64,000 nucleotides of DNA from Balanoglossus misakiensis (Eukaryota > Animalia > Hemichordata). Shown here piece by piece: positions 42,205 through 55,326 of the stretch. The position numbers and the translations under genes were made by a program. The stretch lies in assembly GCA_040954595.2 (NCBI GenBank), contig CM082587.2, forward strand, positions 4,358,093-4,422,092, written 5' to 3'. How positions within the stretch are numbered: position 1 is the first letter of the stretch; the number at the start of each line of letters is the position of its first letter. A model generated the notes under the pieces. That model was not told where the DNA came from, did not search any database, and saw nothing but the letters and a program-made list of their open reading frames with translations.

Positions 42205-42219
42205 TTAACAGTGTAATGT

Positions 42220-43266
42220 TCAAGAATTGCTATCAATTGATCGATTGTCTGACGCATTGGTGGAAAATAGTTGGCGAAATTTGTTTCTCAACTTTACGTC
42301 AGTGCAAAACACTATCATCGGGAAAATGAATTTGTTAAGCGATACTACGAATATCACCATGATACGCTGCAGAATGACATGCTCCCCCTGGGTATCAAAC
42401 ACTAAGGTCAGAAACCCGGGGGAGTTTGTAAGAAGAAAACACAAGACGCTGGCAACATATCGCTTGCACGATCCGTTAGTGTGATTCTGAGACCTTTTAC
42501 GTTCGGTGGCATCACGTGAACACCCTGTCGTCGAGGACGCTTGCTCTGTGATACGCTTTGAACGAAGGTGGAGGTAACAGCCAACGTAAGCTGTTACCAT
42601 CAATATGAAGCACGGGAGGAAGGTTGACAAGTATACGATCATGCCGTTGAGAAACAACTCGTCGACGGAACCGACAAGACGACAGACCCCCAACGAAGAG
42701 TTGAAACCTCTGTGTCCGATGCCCCAAAATATGGCACAGTTGGGTAGAGTAATGGAAACAGTCCAGATCGCCAAGAACGCGCAAACTAATCTACATCCCC
42801 CGAAGGTCTTACGGTAGACTCCGGCTGATTTTGTGATCTTAAAATAGCGATTCAGCGCAATCGTGGCGTGCAGCCAACTGGTACACACGAAGGCATACTG
42901 GTCGACCAAACTGACGCCGTAACAGAGGGCAGCCGACGGTGGCGGTTGGGACCGACTCGACGTGGCGACGGAAATCGGCAAGACGAAGGCGCAACAGAGG
43001 AGGTTCACCGACGCCAGGTGCAAGACGCAGATCCTCAGCCTCGTCCGTAGCGACTTGATCAGAAGGATCGAGAAAATAAGAACAGAGTTGCATGCAAATC
43101 CGACCAGCGCTGAAGCAGACAGAAGGGTGGCCAGGACGACGTTTTCCTCAAATGAAACGAGGTTTGGGTGGAGGTCATCGGGGAACAGCCGACTCCCATT
43201 TCGAAGTATCTCCGAACAGTTATTTGCGAGGAGGTCGCCAACTTTGTCAACACAAGAAGAGGCCAT
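42220..43266 (-). CDS. Class A (rhodopsin-like) GPCR, NRY-type (Tre1/moody/GPR84/melatonin-receptor-like), intronless CDS
   Basis: 348-aa ORF with seven hydrophobic segments, N-terminal NxS sites, TM2 LASVNL, a Cys at the top of TM3, IALNRY at the end of TM3, TM4 W, an ECL2 Cys, TM5 FLP and helix 8 (KLRNKF). Confidence 0.88.
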   Translation of the reverse strand: MASSCVDKVGDLLANNCSEILRNGSRLFPDDLHPNLVSFEENVVLATLLSASALVGFACNSVLIFSILLIKSLRTRLRICVLHLASVNLLCCAFVLPISVATSSRSQPPPSAALCYGVSLVDQYAFVCTSWLHATIALNRYFKITKSAGVYRKTFGGCRLVCAFLAIWTVSITLPNCAIFWGIGHRGFNSSLGVCRLVGSVDELFLNGMIVYLSTFLPCFILMVTAYVGCYLHLRSKRITEQASSTTGCSRDATERKRSQNHTNGSCKRYVASVLCFLLTNSPGFLTLVFDTQGEHVILQRIMVIFVVSLNKFIFPMIVFCTDVKLRNKFRQLFSTNASDNRSIDSNS

Positions 43267-46200
43267 TCACGTGACATTCCTGTGGCAAACGATAAAAGAA
43301 ATAAAACCCAAATAAAACAAAAATCCCAACTCTTCGGGTTTTTCTGCATGTCGCTCGATACAGTTCAGAGGCTGTTTTTTCAGGGTTTATAATTATTAAA
43401 CTTTCTTTCTAGAAATACTTCCCGTTGTTTGTGGAAACACCGGGTGGGCTAAATTTAACATGCATATGGGACCATTGTTGGTCCTGAAATTCCGACATTA
43501 CAAAGAACCACCTGAACATTAATTTTAGTTACAGTTCACCCATTGAAGATTAATGCTGTCAAAATCTTCACTTTGAAGGATCGATGGCGATGATATCCAT
43601 GGCAGACACATGCAGTTTCTTCTTAAACGGGTTCCATTTGAGCGTTGGTCTCTGGACAGGATAAGAATATTAGTTGTCGTTATATGTTTGATAGCACGAG
43701 AGTCAAATGTGAAACGCACTTCTATGGCGTTAGAGATCTTGCGACGGTAGCACAGGCGTAGTCCTAAATCAGAATGATATCAGGAGTAAGCAATGATAAC
43801 AATTAACACGGCGATAACCTTCAAACCTAAAGCTAAACCAATTTTTTATATCTACCGTCTGCCATATTTGTTTGCAAATGACTTTCCCCGAGCTACCCCA
43901 GCTATATTAGAGCAGAGACAGAACACCTACAAGTTCTCCGGGTGTCATGGCGGCTGTGACGTCTGCCATAAATCTGCGCAGTCACGGACAACTGATGGTC
44001 GCCTCAAGACGAAGGGTTTTAATAAATTTCACATTTTATGTGAGAGGAAAACGAGATTATGTGTATTGACGTTCATAGCATAACAGGCTAGGCCAGCCGC
44101 GTGCGCGAGTGTTCGAATTTCAGGTTAACGACAGGTCTCTCGGTTCAAGTGGAACCGTTACGCTGATTCGTAAGGATTCCCTGTCGTTTTAAAGTAGTTT
44201 GTGGGGTTAGTCACATTATTCTTTTTAGCAAGAATCATATAAGTAAATAACATAATGTATACCCATAAGCCTTGTTGACCCAGAAGTCATAGCCGTTAAC
44301 CATGAATAACTCTCTGCCACAGTTACCCGCCTCCGCCGAAAAGGCAGGCGGTGAAACAATTAAAATAGTCTGAGCTGCACAGAGGAACTGTAAGTGAACG
44401 TTTACACATCAGTCTTCAACTGTCAGTACAAGCATTTGGCCAAGCTTTGCTTTTTTACAGATGTCGCACCGGTCGTCATAAATTTATGTGAAATATTTAG
44501 AGTTGACACGATTAGGAAATAACGTGATCAAACCCTATCCTTTACGGGCGATTAGTCACAAGTTAGTGTTGTTGCGCCGATCACATACAGAATGGGACCC
44601 TCTGCAGTGACCACCTGATGGTATGTTTTAAACCGTACGAACATCCTGTTTAAACTTAGACTGAAACAAAATGAAAACTAAAATTCCCCCTTTTAATTCA
44701 AAGTTCATGACTTCGTACGTTGGCCCAAAGGGCGCTGATGTCAAACTACTTTGCTTTTTTTCATCGTGGGTGGTACCTGAAAATTAATGGATTCGGTACA
44801 ATTGTGCTGGCGTCAGAAAATGAAGTCTCCATTTTATAAAAAAAATCTGGCTCAAATCCACATGGCGTGAAAAGGGGTGACAACTGCGACACATCAATGT
44901 AAATACAGGTATACCGCTGTAGTGTCGCGGAGCACATCCAACGATACGAAAACAGCGCATCAATACATTGAATCGAAAACTGTCATTGGATATTGCGGAC
45001 TGTATGAGCGACGATCGATGGAAATGGATAATTTTGCAAATCGTAAAAACTGGCAAAGTAACTAAAGAAAATGTTGCCACAAAACAGCAAACGATCTCTC
45101 ACCTCAGCATGTATAATACAGTCTGCTAACGGAAATCTGACGACGATATTTCGGGTGCACGTCGTGAAGATGCGGGATCCAAACGCACGCGCATTTTGCT
45201 GAGAATCAGATTGACGTCTCACTCAGTGAAGTCGAACTAGGGAGACCTGCATATGTTGGTAGGCGTTTCCACCACGCTGTAGATACTGCTAGTGTTCAGT
45301 TTGCATATGCTCATCATAAACTGACTCCCTAGCTCCCTAGATTGTCGACAGCCACTCGTGCCATGTTTGGTCGTTGCTTCGCGTAACGTGTACAGTGTAA
45401 CTGTGCAGGCGAAGTTGATCCCGTGTAGATGATACAAGAGACAATCACAAATTTCGCACCCGGTTTCGTCTTTTTCGCACCGGTTTCGTATTACATAAAG
45501 AGTTCTGACGTCCGGGTAATGGGCATGCATGCGACATAACGCCTGAGGATTGTGACTAATGGTCCTGTTGGGGGGAAAAATAACATTTCGCACTGCGGAA
45601 AAGTGGTATCTGCTTCAATCTATGGATGAAAAATCTGTCATTCCAGTTAAATTGGTTGGGGGACATATTGTTTCAACAGTAGCTCGGATATGAGAAAGAA
45701 TTAAGCAAAGCGTGGCTAGCTCGTTGATACAAACGACAAAACTCAACAAAGGATAGATAGAAAGATAGATATAGACAGACTTTATATTTCATATTAGAGA
45801 AAAAAAAAGTTGCTTTGAACATATATGAGAAAAGGTTTAAGTGATGGACCTGCACAATTTAGAATCGCCACCATAAGGACACTGACAATATTTTACGATA
45901 ATACTAAAATGTCTCTTTCGGTGGATATTGTGTTATTAGTTTTCTCCGATAAATATCAAGAATGAAAGGAAATACCACGAAAGGAAATACCACCCCGAGT
46001 CCTCGCACAGGAATACAGCGGTGTCTTATTCGGTTTGGCAGACCGGATATTTCAACTCAAATGTTACCCTTATATCAGGTTCCGCCGTTAGAATGCTTCC
46101 AGACGACACGCCCGGAGGATCAAATTGGTGCAATATTGCTTGCATTCGCAATTTGTGCGATTACATTTTCTTCTAGAAAATGTCACATCTGAAAGATCAC

Positions 46201-46574
46201 GTGAATCATGTTTCGTGATTGCGTAGTTGCGTCCAAAATTAGGGACGGTGCCTCAACTTGTTCTGTTGCTACTGTACACACTGTTATTTAGAAAGGGAAC
46301 TACTGGATTCAGTAACAGTTTTACTGAAACCACTGCAACCGAATTTTCAAAGCAAAGATGCATGTTTCACTGTGCGCAAATTAGTGTACTGTATTTATAG
46401 ACAGTACCAGGAGATCACCTCATCCATCGGTAGTCGACCTAGCTATGCTAAGTACGGAAAGGCAGTTAATAATTTTAATATGCAACTATTTAAATGGGAA
46501 AAGATAATCTACCCAAAGGGAACAGTCTACATTTAGTTCTTACACCGATCGATACGTCATCTGATTCCGTTCCG

Positions 46575-46666
46575 TATATAAATGCCAGTTATTTTGTTAG
46601 TCTTCACCAGAGAGCTGTTAATCCCGTCGTCCACCTGGTTTGCCGCATACAGTATCAGTCAACAAG
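46575..46666 (+). promoter_or_regulatory. TATA box and non-coding first exon of DOMON gene copy 1
   Basis: TACGTCA (CRE-like) followed by TATATAAA at 46575, then a leader ending at donor CAAG|GTACGT (46666). The ATG at 47100 directly follows acceptor TTTTTGCAG. Confidence 0.55.
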
Positions 46667-47099
46667 GTACGTGTTTATTATTGACATGCATGATTGCATT
46701 TCTGACAACAGACACTCATGGACATATGTAACTGTCTGCTACTACATGTGTTATTGCATAGACCTCTTGACTCGGGACAGGCAAGATCAATTCGAACGGC
46801 GAACGTTGCACCGCGGCCGACTGACTGTTTGAATTAACTTTAGCCAGCCAAGGTTTTCAACAAATGATAAGGGACGATGATACGGCAAAAATTATGTAAT
46901 GATCATGTGTTCGGCAAACAGCACCGGAGACTTGTGTGATTCGCTTGTATTTTATTAATTTAATAACTTGTAAAATATTGAATGATTTTATAAAAACTGA
47001 TCTTATCTGAGAATCGGATTCGCTATTTCACCAACCATGGGTATCCATTACAGACGCAAGTTAAATGTGCTCATCACGAGTTATGTCCATTTTTTGCAG

Positions 47100-49246
47100 A
47101 TGAGATATCACGTGATGTGTGCGTCGCTGCTGCTACTCCTGTGTTTTTGCAACACGGTAGGCATAGCCACGAACACTAGCGACATTGCTGTTCTTCGCGA
47201 CAACAATCAAGCGCGATTACCAAGGCAACGACCCACATAGGCCACACTTGAACTTTATCACTGGCTTGGTGTTGTTGCTAGGCCGGTCGTTAGTTTATCA
47301 CCAAAGCACAGCTCGATTTAGCTCCTAGCCTCATTTATTAACTGTTCCGGCCATAGTACATGTTTTTTTTGTCAAAACGCTGCATTTTTAATTTACGCCA
47401 AAGAAAAAACCACGCGCGCATGTGCTTTGGCGGCGTTTTAATAGTTTTACATCGAAAATATTACCGACATTGCTCATGTTCATGTCTATGGGGCGATTAG
47501 CAGTTTCCATGAATAGTTTGGGATGCAACCAATACCACGTTGAGGTTAATAGGAAAGAAAGTGTTAGTTGGAAAGATTTTTATTTTATCTCTTTTTGAGT
47601 TTTAACTTATTAAGAAACTCATCATTTTCAAAATAATCTCCAGGTCCTCGACGGGTTCCTTACTTCGGATGGCTGTGGAACGACGAAAAGTTGCTACAGA
47701 AATCCCGCCAATTGCACAGATAAATTAGACTGCGATGTTTTGGTGGCCTGGATGGAAAAGGATAAATCTGCGACAATCTTCGAAATTCTCGGCAAAATGA
47801 GGGAATTCCCGGGCTCAAATGTTGAGCAATACGTCGGGATTGGGTTTTCCCACGACCAGCTCATGGTAAGCGGTGGAATCCGTGCAGTATAGCGTTCCGG
47901 CTGTCGTTGGCGTTGTCATACTAGTAATTCTCACTATCTGAGTGCACGAAATAGATTGTCAAAAGTGCGTTGGAAATCCATGTAATTAAAATGCAAATCA
48001 CTTGTGCCGTGAAATCATAGGGACTCACAGGTCGACCTCATTGCAGAATATCTTTAGTTTTGGAGTGAAATGATGCGTATACTCATTTATTGTGGGTGTA
48101 TCCGATACTTTTATTCGGTGCCCATAGACAAAACGCCCACTCCACAGGCGATAGTTTATGAATCGGATTCACCGACTTAGGCATGTGTACCTTACTTTCA
48201 TATTTACGACAGGGGGACACAGACGTGTGGGCATGCTTACTTCAAACAGACGATATAACCGTGGAATTGGATCATTCTTATAACGAGGGTTACACGAACA
48301 CACAACTTGAAGTGGTAAGTAAGGGGGGGGGGGGTGTTTGACCTCTAGCGCGGGTGGCGCAAAAATCATGATGTAGGCCCAACAGCGAGAAATGTTAAAA
48401 CCACGTCCTTCCTGATGCATACGAAATTCATATATTTTCCCCGACTAATTCTTGTTGCAGATGGGAACAACCAATTATCTTTACGAATATTCTGATGGCG
48501 TCATAGAATGTACCTTTGAACGACTGAATGAAATGGAAGGCGAGCCATATTTCTTCAGTCTCCTTGATAACGAATATCATCTGTTTATAGTACGAGGACC
48601 TCGCATTGTGGGGCCTGACTACAGTGAGTATCACGTCAATTCTCATGGAATCCTTGGCAATAAAGCGATGATCGTATGTTCAAAGACAGACGGACAGACG
48701 GACAGTGAGACAGACAGACGAAATCTGAGCAAAAATGGAAGTCTGAAGTCATTACTTCTGTTTGGTTCCAGCAAAGCTTTCGAAGCATTTCGTAACACCG
48801 TTGATATCTCCAACGAAGCACAACTTCACTGACTCTGATGGCGGTGTTGGCAGCGGTGTATCTCATCATGACGTATACTCGACAGCCTCAGGTAAATCTT
48901 GCACTACGGACAGAGGGCGCTATTACAAAAACTTCCATCAGGGCCCCGAAGGGCGACTAAAATGTCCCCATTGGCTTTTTGCTGGGTTGACCACAAGACA
49001 TGTTGTAAATTTGGGTTCCGTTATAAAACGGGTTGTATGCTGAACATAACCGTTCATCGGTCACCCCGTTTGGCCGTGACGTGAACACCCGGACTTTTCT
49101 CATTTGAATATTTCTCTGTCACAAAATATACTATAAACAATGCCTTGAATTTGATACAGCCATTTTTAATGCAATTATGGTACTCTGTTATATTTCCAGT
49201 GCTGTCACTTGCTGCATGTGCTGTGCTACTCCTAACCACATATTGA
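47100..49246 (+). CDS. DOMON-domain protein (FRRS1/FRRS1L-like), signal peptide plus probable GPI signal, copy 1
   Basis: Exons encode MRYHVMCASLLLLLCFCNT / ...DGCGTTKSCYRNPANC...YVGIGFSHDQLM / GDTDVWAC / YSDGVIECTFER / KLSKH..P.IS / hydrophobic tail VLSLAACAVLLLTTY*. The Met (DQLM) and His (KH) heme ligands of DOMON are retained. Confidence 0.85.
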
Positions 49247-50633
49247 TGTCACGTGACCAATGATGGATGACTCCCTTGATGACAACACTCCGAAATTCGG
49301 AAAAAAAATCAACCGTGATTGGACCAGGGGGTTTTACATGTAACTTTACGATATGCAAATCAGAATAAGTGTATCTTCCACAGAGTACAACAACACAATC
49401 ATCGCCCCTGGCATACCTTCAAACTGGAATGTAGGGATACACTTATCTGCGTTTTTTTCTAATTTCAAGGACAAGTTAGAGGGTCAGACTCTATTCTAGT
49501 TAACTATCTGACTTTGTAAATACGAGACAATGTATAACGAGGGCTTTGTTCAACCAAGTTAGATTACTTGCATAAATCCTTCACTGTGTCTGATAAGCAA
49601 AATGAGGTCGGCATTACATTTGAAACACTTTTTACATTGTAGTTGAACGGCAGAGTATTCTCCTTTTTGTGATTAAAGGTAGTTTGTAAAGCTGAAAAGT
49701 TCGGGTTTTTTTTAATATTTACCATACGGCCAGTCACCTGTATGCTAGTTTAATACCCAACTATTCAAATGGGGTAAAGACAATTAACCTCAGATCATGG
49801 CCTAGTTTTGAGGTATTGACCTCACTTGTGTTGTCGACAACAGATGATCGTAGATGGCTTTACTGACTGATGGCAAGCTAGACATCCCGCCACAATTGCT
49901 GACCTATAAAACAGACTGAGGCCAGTTTGACGGATCGAACAACGCACTTTGCTCCACAACGGACCGCTCTAATTAACTTTGGCCAAGATTTAAGGCGTGA
50001 TACACAAAAAGCAAATGATTATCAGATTTTGATACTACTCGATCGATAACAAGTGATGCAAAATGAGTTGATTGAACTAAACACGCGCTCATTTATTTTG
50101 GCTTTTGCTCCTTCAAATTTAGCTGAGTCACCGACACTAAAATGCATTGGGGCCACGGAACAACGAAATAGTTTTTCCATCAACACAATTCAATTCTAAA
50201 GCCAGTAACTTCCTACTTTAAAATCATTGACGATCCCTCGAGGTGTATTGTGTGTGAATTGATTGTCATAATCGGTGACTGCAACCAGATTATCTGGGAG
50301 ACATCTGGTGTCTGTCACGCCTTGAGCAATATGTCTATTACTGGACGAACAGCTATTATTAACACGAAAAAGATGACAATTAATAATAACCACGTTTGGC
50401 GACACTTGCGCATGTACATTTCTATTATAATTCAACTACTCCAGGCAACAAAACATGTTTTTAATCAGTATCTGAATATAACTCCCTAGTCCATCATTCG
50501 GAAGTCGACACCGTATGATGTGTTTGAAAACGCAGTTAATATGTTTAATATGCAACGTTTTTCAAACAAGGTTTTATAATTCACCCGGGAACATGGTCTA
50601 CTTCTGATCCTACGTCATCTGATTTGCTATTCG

Positions 50634-51317
50634 TATATAAACTCTGGCTTTTGCGAGTGAGCGTCACAAAACATAGTGGACCTGGGCTCGAAGTTGCTTA
50701 ATTACACCGTACCAGCCACCAAGGTATGTAATGTATATATTATTGTCCCAGGTTTACATCGTTAACCCCAGATACTCGCGGACACGTGTAATATTCAGCC
50801 ACAACTCTGATCGGACAAAAATGCCTGGCTTAAAATCGTTTCCATCGCGCACTCTTCGACTTTTCATTAGCTCTTCTTTGCATCCTTTGGAGTATAGGTG
50901 GCATTTGGCGCTAATGACTCAAAAGGAAAAGTGATTGAATGTGCTTGTTATTTATCAAACTCATAAAATAATATCATGTCTTCAAGCGATTTTAGCGAAC
51001 ACACACAAAAACAGACTTGGTCCGAAGACCACATATAAAATGTAAGGCGGGCGTTGATACAGTTATCCCAAATGATTTCCAACGTCACGTGAGCGCTGTA
51101 TATTAGATGCACACCGTACCAGCGTTTTCTACTTTGGTTCATCAACACGGTTACTCACTTGTAAATCAATTAACGCGTGTATGTATGTAGTGTGCGTATT
51201 GGCCTGCTTCATCTTCCGTATATAACTTCCAGTCTTTTATTCTCTGCATCGCAGAATACAACGTAGCGGACCTGCACAAGAATCCAAGCTGCCTAACACA
51301 CGGTATCAAACATCAAG
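50634..51317 (+). promoter_or_regulatory. Two candidate TATA-promoter/leader-exon units for DOMON gene copy 2
   Basis: Unit 1: TACGTCATCTGATT...CGTATATAAA (50634) with donor CAAG|GTATGT (~50723). Unit 2: CCGTATATAA (~51219) with donor CAAG|GTACGC (~51317). Both resemble the copy 1 promoter. Confidence 0.45.
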
Positions 51318-51420
51318 GTACGCATATATCTTTATTGGCGTTGGCAGTTTGAAAAATACACAACTTTTTCATGTTAACTGTGCTCATAACTCTCTGTTTG
51401 TCTTTTCGTCTGTTTTGCAG

Positions 51421-53324
51421 ATGAAATATCGCCTGGTGTGTGTGTCGGTGCTCGTCATCTTTTGCTTTGGCAACACGGTAGGCACAGCTGCGCGTGCGCG
51501 CGACTAGGGACGCCCACAGTTCACGCACAGTGTCCCTAAATCAGTGCTAATAACAGAGACACACATCAGACGTCCATGAACTTTATCAGGTGGTAGATAC
51601 AATAGTCAAGAGGTTTATCGACACGTTATCATTCAAACACGTGACTTATTACGCTTTCAAATCATGATGACCCATATTCTTCTAAACGCCGGATTTATCG
51701 GACTTTAAGGACTTCAGGTTTTCCAGAGCCAACTTTAACCGTTTTTCATCCTCAGGTCCTGGAAGCATTCATCACTTCGGATGGCTGTGGAACGGAGAAA
51801 AGCTGCTACAGAGAACCGGCCGGCTGCACGGGCACGACCGACTGCGAAGTCCTGGTGTCCTGGATGACGAAGGGTACTTCGACGGTCTTCGAGATTCTGG
51901 GGCGCATGAACGCTGTCACCGGCGATGAGCACTACGTCGGCATTGGGTTTTCCCACGATCAGATCATGGTAAGAACTAGAGAACTTTGAGGATGCCAATA
52001 AGACCATATTTCTTGAAAACATAGAGGCGTTTAGCTGCATTAAGGGAAGATGAACACTGGCCAATACGCGTACATACGCACCGTAATAAACCGGCATTTT
52101 AATTTCCTATGCGATCTGGCAAAATTGTTGATAATGGCATATCGTTTGCGATGGTAATACCCTTTATCATTGTTTAATTTATACATCGAAACTTCAGTCA
52201 GGGCGATTAAAATGTTTAATATTTATGTCTATTGTGCCGCATTACTTACTGTAACGTCTCTTTTTGCCAACCAGCCTGACACAGACGTGTGGGCGTGCTT
52301 ACTTCAAACCGACGACATTACTGTAGCACAGGACCATTCCTATAACGACGGTTATAATAACAACCAGCTTACAGTGGTGAGTAAAAACAAGAGACATTCC
52401 AATTCTCTGCCGCTGGTGGCGACAAATGCAGTCGAGAAACGGCATCATTCAGCTGCTTGAAAGTATACTGGTGTGAAATTCAAAATTGAAATAAAATAGT
52501 GGATGTTTAGTTCTTTTGCAAAGGCAAATGTGGAAAGTATATGGCAGTCAACGGTATAATTCTATTTTTGCTTTGTTTCACTTTTCCAATGTTTATGTCA
52601 GACCGGAACAAGCAATTATCTCTACCAATACGCCAATGGAGTCATCGAATGTACCTTCCACAGAGAGAATGAAGTCGAAGGCGACCCATTTTTCTTCAGC
52701 CTCATCGACAACGAATACTATCTGCTGATACCACGAGGGCCACGCCTCCTCGGTCCTGGCTTCAGTAAGTACATTAAAACTATACGGTCACCTATCGAAT
52801 TTATCTACGGTTACCATGACAAACTGAGATCTGGCCAAACAAAGATTTTAAGCTCCGAGTCCGCAGAGGACAGATCCACTGTGCATTGACGTTCATTGCT
52901 CTGCCTTTTTGTTACAGCGAAGCTCGGTAAGCATATCGCACTACCGATCATATCAGCGACCAAGTACAACTTCACCAGTAACGAATTTGTTGGCGGCCTG
53001 GCCATCGAAGCCGGCGCAGAGTCCAATCACGGCGTATTCTGGCTTTCCTCGGGTAGGTCATCGCGTTCGAGATTTTAAATTCCCGATTTAAATCAGAATT
53101 GTAGCTTTTTTGAATGTTTACAAACATAACCAAGTAGAACATTGAAATGTAGTCTATTTTCAGGTATTTTCAAGCGCTTATAATTTTGTTTCGTCGTGTT
53201 CTCGTGCTCTGTAAAAACATAGTTGAGAAGTTCTGAATAACATCTATAGTCCATTTAAACTAAGGAATTTTTCTGTTTATTTTCAGTGCTCTCCGTTGTC
53301 GTACTGCTCTTCAACGCATATTGA
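51421..53324 (+). CDS. DOMON-domain protein (FRRS1/FRRS1L-like), signal peptide plus probable GPI signal, copy 2
   Basis: MKYRLVCVSVLVIFCFGNT / DGCGTEKSCYREPAGC...YVGIGFSHDQIM / PDTDVWAC / YANGVIECTFHR / KLGKH / VLSVVVLLFNAY*. Same six coding exons as copy 1. Confidence 0.85.
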
Positions 53325-54859
53325 TGTCACGTGACCGATGGTTTTTGATGCCAGGATCCTGAGATTCAAATTCAAAGGATGCTGGGACCAGCGATGTGAC
53401 CCCTGACCTGAAGCAGCCGTATACGATAGATTTATAAAATAAACCAACGTTTCCACCGAGAAAATGTAACGTTTGAGAAACTCGAAACTGTGCAATAATT
53501 TTTGATCAGCTCAAATTGAAAAAAGGGAAAAGTCACCCACCTTGAAGTTGCTAATTGTCTGGATCACTTCCGTGCAAATTAGTCGCATTTTCAATTATCG
53601 GGATAAACATTCTAAAGTATTAATCTACTAGGATCTGATGTAGTGGCGTTGTGGGACTCCATGTAATCTTGCAATTGGTCGATTTAATTTGCATTTCGCC
53701 AAATGGTGTTCCGGCTGGATAATTTTGCCTACTCAGACAACTTTGTTTTGTATTTTTGACAATCATGAAATGGATTTCGGTGGAGATGAAATGTTCTTAA
53801 ATCAATGCATTAGTTTTAGAATTACTTCATGCTATTTCGATGTGTTTACGCCGATTTAAAATGGTGGCGTTTGAGTACTATTATTAAGGGCCGACCTTTG
53901 ACCTTACCGTTTCAAATATCTCGACATCAAGGCAGTGTTGGGGTAATAAAACGATACAGACACAAGTATTTTATTTCAATCTAGTTCATTAAAAAAATTT
54001 AATTTCAAAGTTTTAAATCCATAAACAAAAGAGGATACATGTATACAGTATTATCTGTATACTTACAATATGTAAAAGGAGCAAGTACATTATTTCTGTG
54101 AAACTCAAACTATTTTCGTTGTATCTCAATTGATGGGTAACCAATCTACCAATGCAAGGCATAATACTAATCCACAGACTGTTCTGTGAAGAACTGAAAA
54201 CAAATCCTAGCAATATAGGCAAGGGCCCACCATCCAACAAGCCGGATACCAATCTGGTCTCTGCATCTGCAAAACAAGCAATGTAGAAATGAATCTCTAT
54301 TAATAACCATGGACATGAAACAAAGAATGATCACCACTGTACACCAATTGTCGTTCATTCGCAGATGGTACACTTCATTCAAGATTATAATTGTACTTAG
54401 TTAAACCGGCAACTCCTGGACATAGTGAACACCCCCCCCCCCTCCATCCACACCCCTACCATGTATGGTCTCCGTCACTGCTCCCCTTTCCTACAATTCT
54501 TACCTTCCCACAACCATGCAGCAATCTCTGGACATCAGTCACACAGGCTGGCAATAATCTTAGCATCGTCTATGGGATCCCTGGAATAAATAAAAAGTAG
54601 TAGTAAATGGAATGTCTCTTACAAAAATGGCGAACATGTTTGTGCCATAACAAAACGGCCACCCCATTAGTACAGGGTCCATATTGTTACATGCAGGTTT
54701 GTGCAAAGCAGTTCGCTTGACTGGGAAAAGGCACCAATCTGAATCGAAAAAAATCTTCAAAATTGCCACCATGAAAAGAGGGGCTTTGATGTCCATATCG
54801 CTCGTCAAACCTTGCTTAAAACCTCTGGTCTCCCGTTCAGCCATTGAACATACTGCCCT

Positions 54860-55326
54860 TACCGCACCCAGCTATACTGCTGCATGGCGAAAATAAGTAG
54901 TCACTTAGACCCCAGTTTAGTTGATGAATACCAGTATGAGTTGATCTCGTCTCTGGATCTGCAAAACAAGGAAATGAAGTGAATGTCTAATACTCATGAT
55001 AGTTTGGCCATGGAATATACCTGCCCATACCTCACCCAGCAATACCGCTGCACGTCGAAACAAACTAGTCAATTGGGCCCCAGCTCGGCTGATGAATGCC
55101 ATTATGAGTCGATCTCGTCTCTGGATCTGCAAAACAAGGAAATGAAGTTAATGTCTAATACTCATGATAGTTTGGCCATGGAATATACCTGCCCATACCT
55201 CACCCAGCCATACCGCTGCATAGCAAAACAAACTAGTCACTTAGGCCCCAGCTTGGTTGATGAATGCCATTATGAGTCGATCTCGTCTCTGGATCTGCAA
55301 AACAAGCAAATGAAAGTGAATGTCTA
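54860..55326. repeat. 168-bp tandem repeat (~2.8 copies), each unit an exon plus short intron on the minus strand
   Basis: CTGCAAAACAAG recurs at 54959, 55127 and 55295 (period 168). Confidence 0.9.
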
